A DNA stretch of 64,000 nt. It comes from an uncultured Actinomycetes bacterium. Its GTDB lineage: Bacteria > Actinomycetota > Actinomycetes > Streptosporangiales > Streptosporangiaceae. The notes below the pieces were generated by a model. That model worked only from the letters and a program-made list of their open reading frames with translations, had not been told where the DNA came from and ran no database searches. The stretch is from assembly GCA_963790065.1 (NCBI GenBank), contig CAWBNK010000028.1, forward strand, positions 36,312 through 100,311, read 5' to 3'. Shown in pieces: positions 63,843 through 64,000 of this stretch (positions are counted from its first letter, which is position 1; every line of letters begins with the position of its first letter). The translations under genes were made by a program, and so were the position numbers.

Positions 63843-64000
63843 CGTGGCTCCTCCGGTCGGTCGCGGCCCGTTCGCAGGTCTCCTGTGTCGTCTCCGACTT
63901 ATTCAACGTAGACGAACCGACCTGCCAGGCTGCTAGTCGACCGATGATACGAATTCCGGACCGGCTGGATTGCGGCCGGCTGAGGGTTCGAGTTCCACCG

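Noticed and set aside
63935-64000. GGGTTCGAGTTCC near the window end, resembling a tRNA T-arm
   Set aside because: The preceding ~60 nt show no acceptor, D or anticodon arms, and the window ends before any 3' acceptor strand. The sequence is insufficient to call an RNA gene.

Overview
High-GC actinobacterial chromosomal segment; order-level taxonomy cannot be fixed from the sequence alone. Bases 1-15.8 kb (minus strand) hold the conserved core tRNA-Trp/secE/nusG/rplK/rplA, rplJ/rplL, rpoB/rpoC and rpsL/rpsG/fusA (partial), with recognisable leaders, promoters and terminators. Next come aspC, add, a T-box-controlled ileS, a five-gene translationally coupled ECF-sigma/ABC operon, tRNA-Met/rpmG/hadA/hadB/murB, and a mix of metabolic, regulatory and membrane genes.

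The most interesting locus is 52.2-59.9 kb. It contains a strongly translated 57-aa leader plus Cys/Pro-rich peptide gene. A stable hairpin follows it, then an HExxH (M50/S2P-like) polytopic membrane protease. A divergent XRE regulator sits upstream with a four-hexamer operator. Nearby are a bitopic LysM protein with an unrecognised cytoplasmic tandem domain, a giant low-complexity surface-protein gene, and an atypical tyrosine recombinase. One side of this region is bounded by a ~255-bp palindromic MITE-like element that has two relatives elsewhere in the window.

Other recurring signals:
- Many 24-bp (8-codon) minisatellites.
- A 13-nt motif found three times just 3' of genes.
- RpsL K88R and unusual RpoB rifampicin-region residues.
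- Four interrupted genes: two with large internal deletions and two with small indels. These could be real decay or assembly error.

No rRNA, CRISPR array or classical IS transposase was seen. All functional calls rest on my reading of the translated ORFs and motifs. No database search was run.
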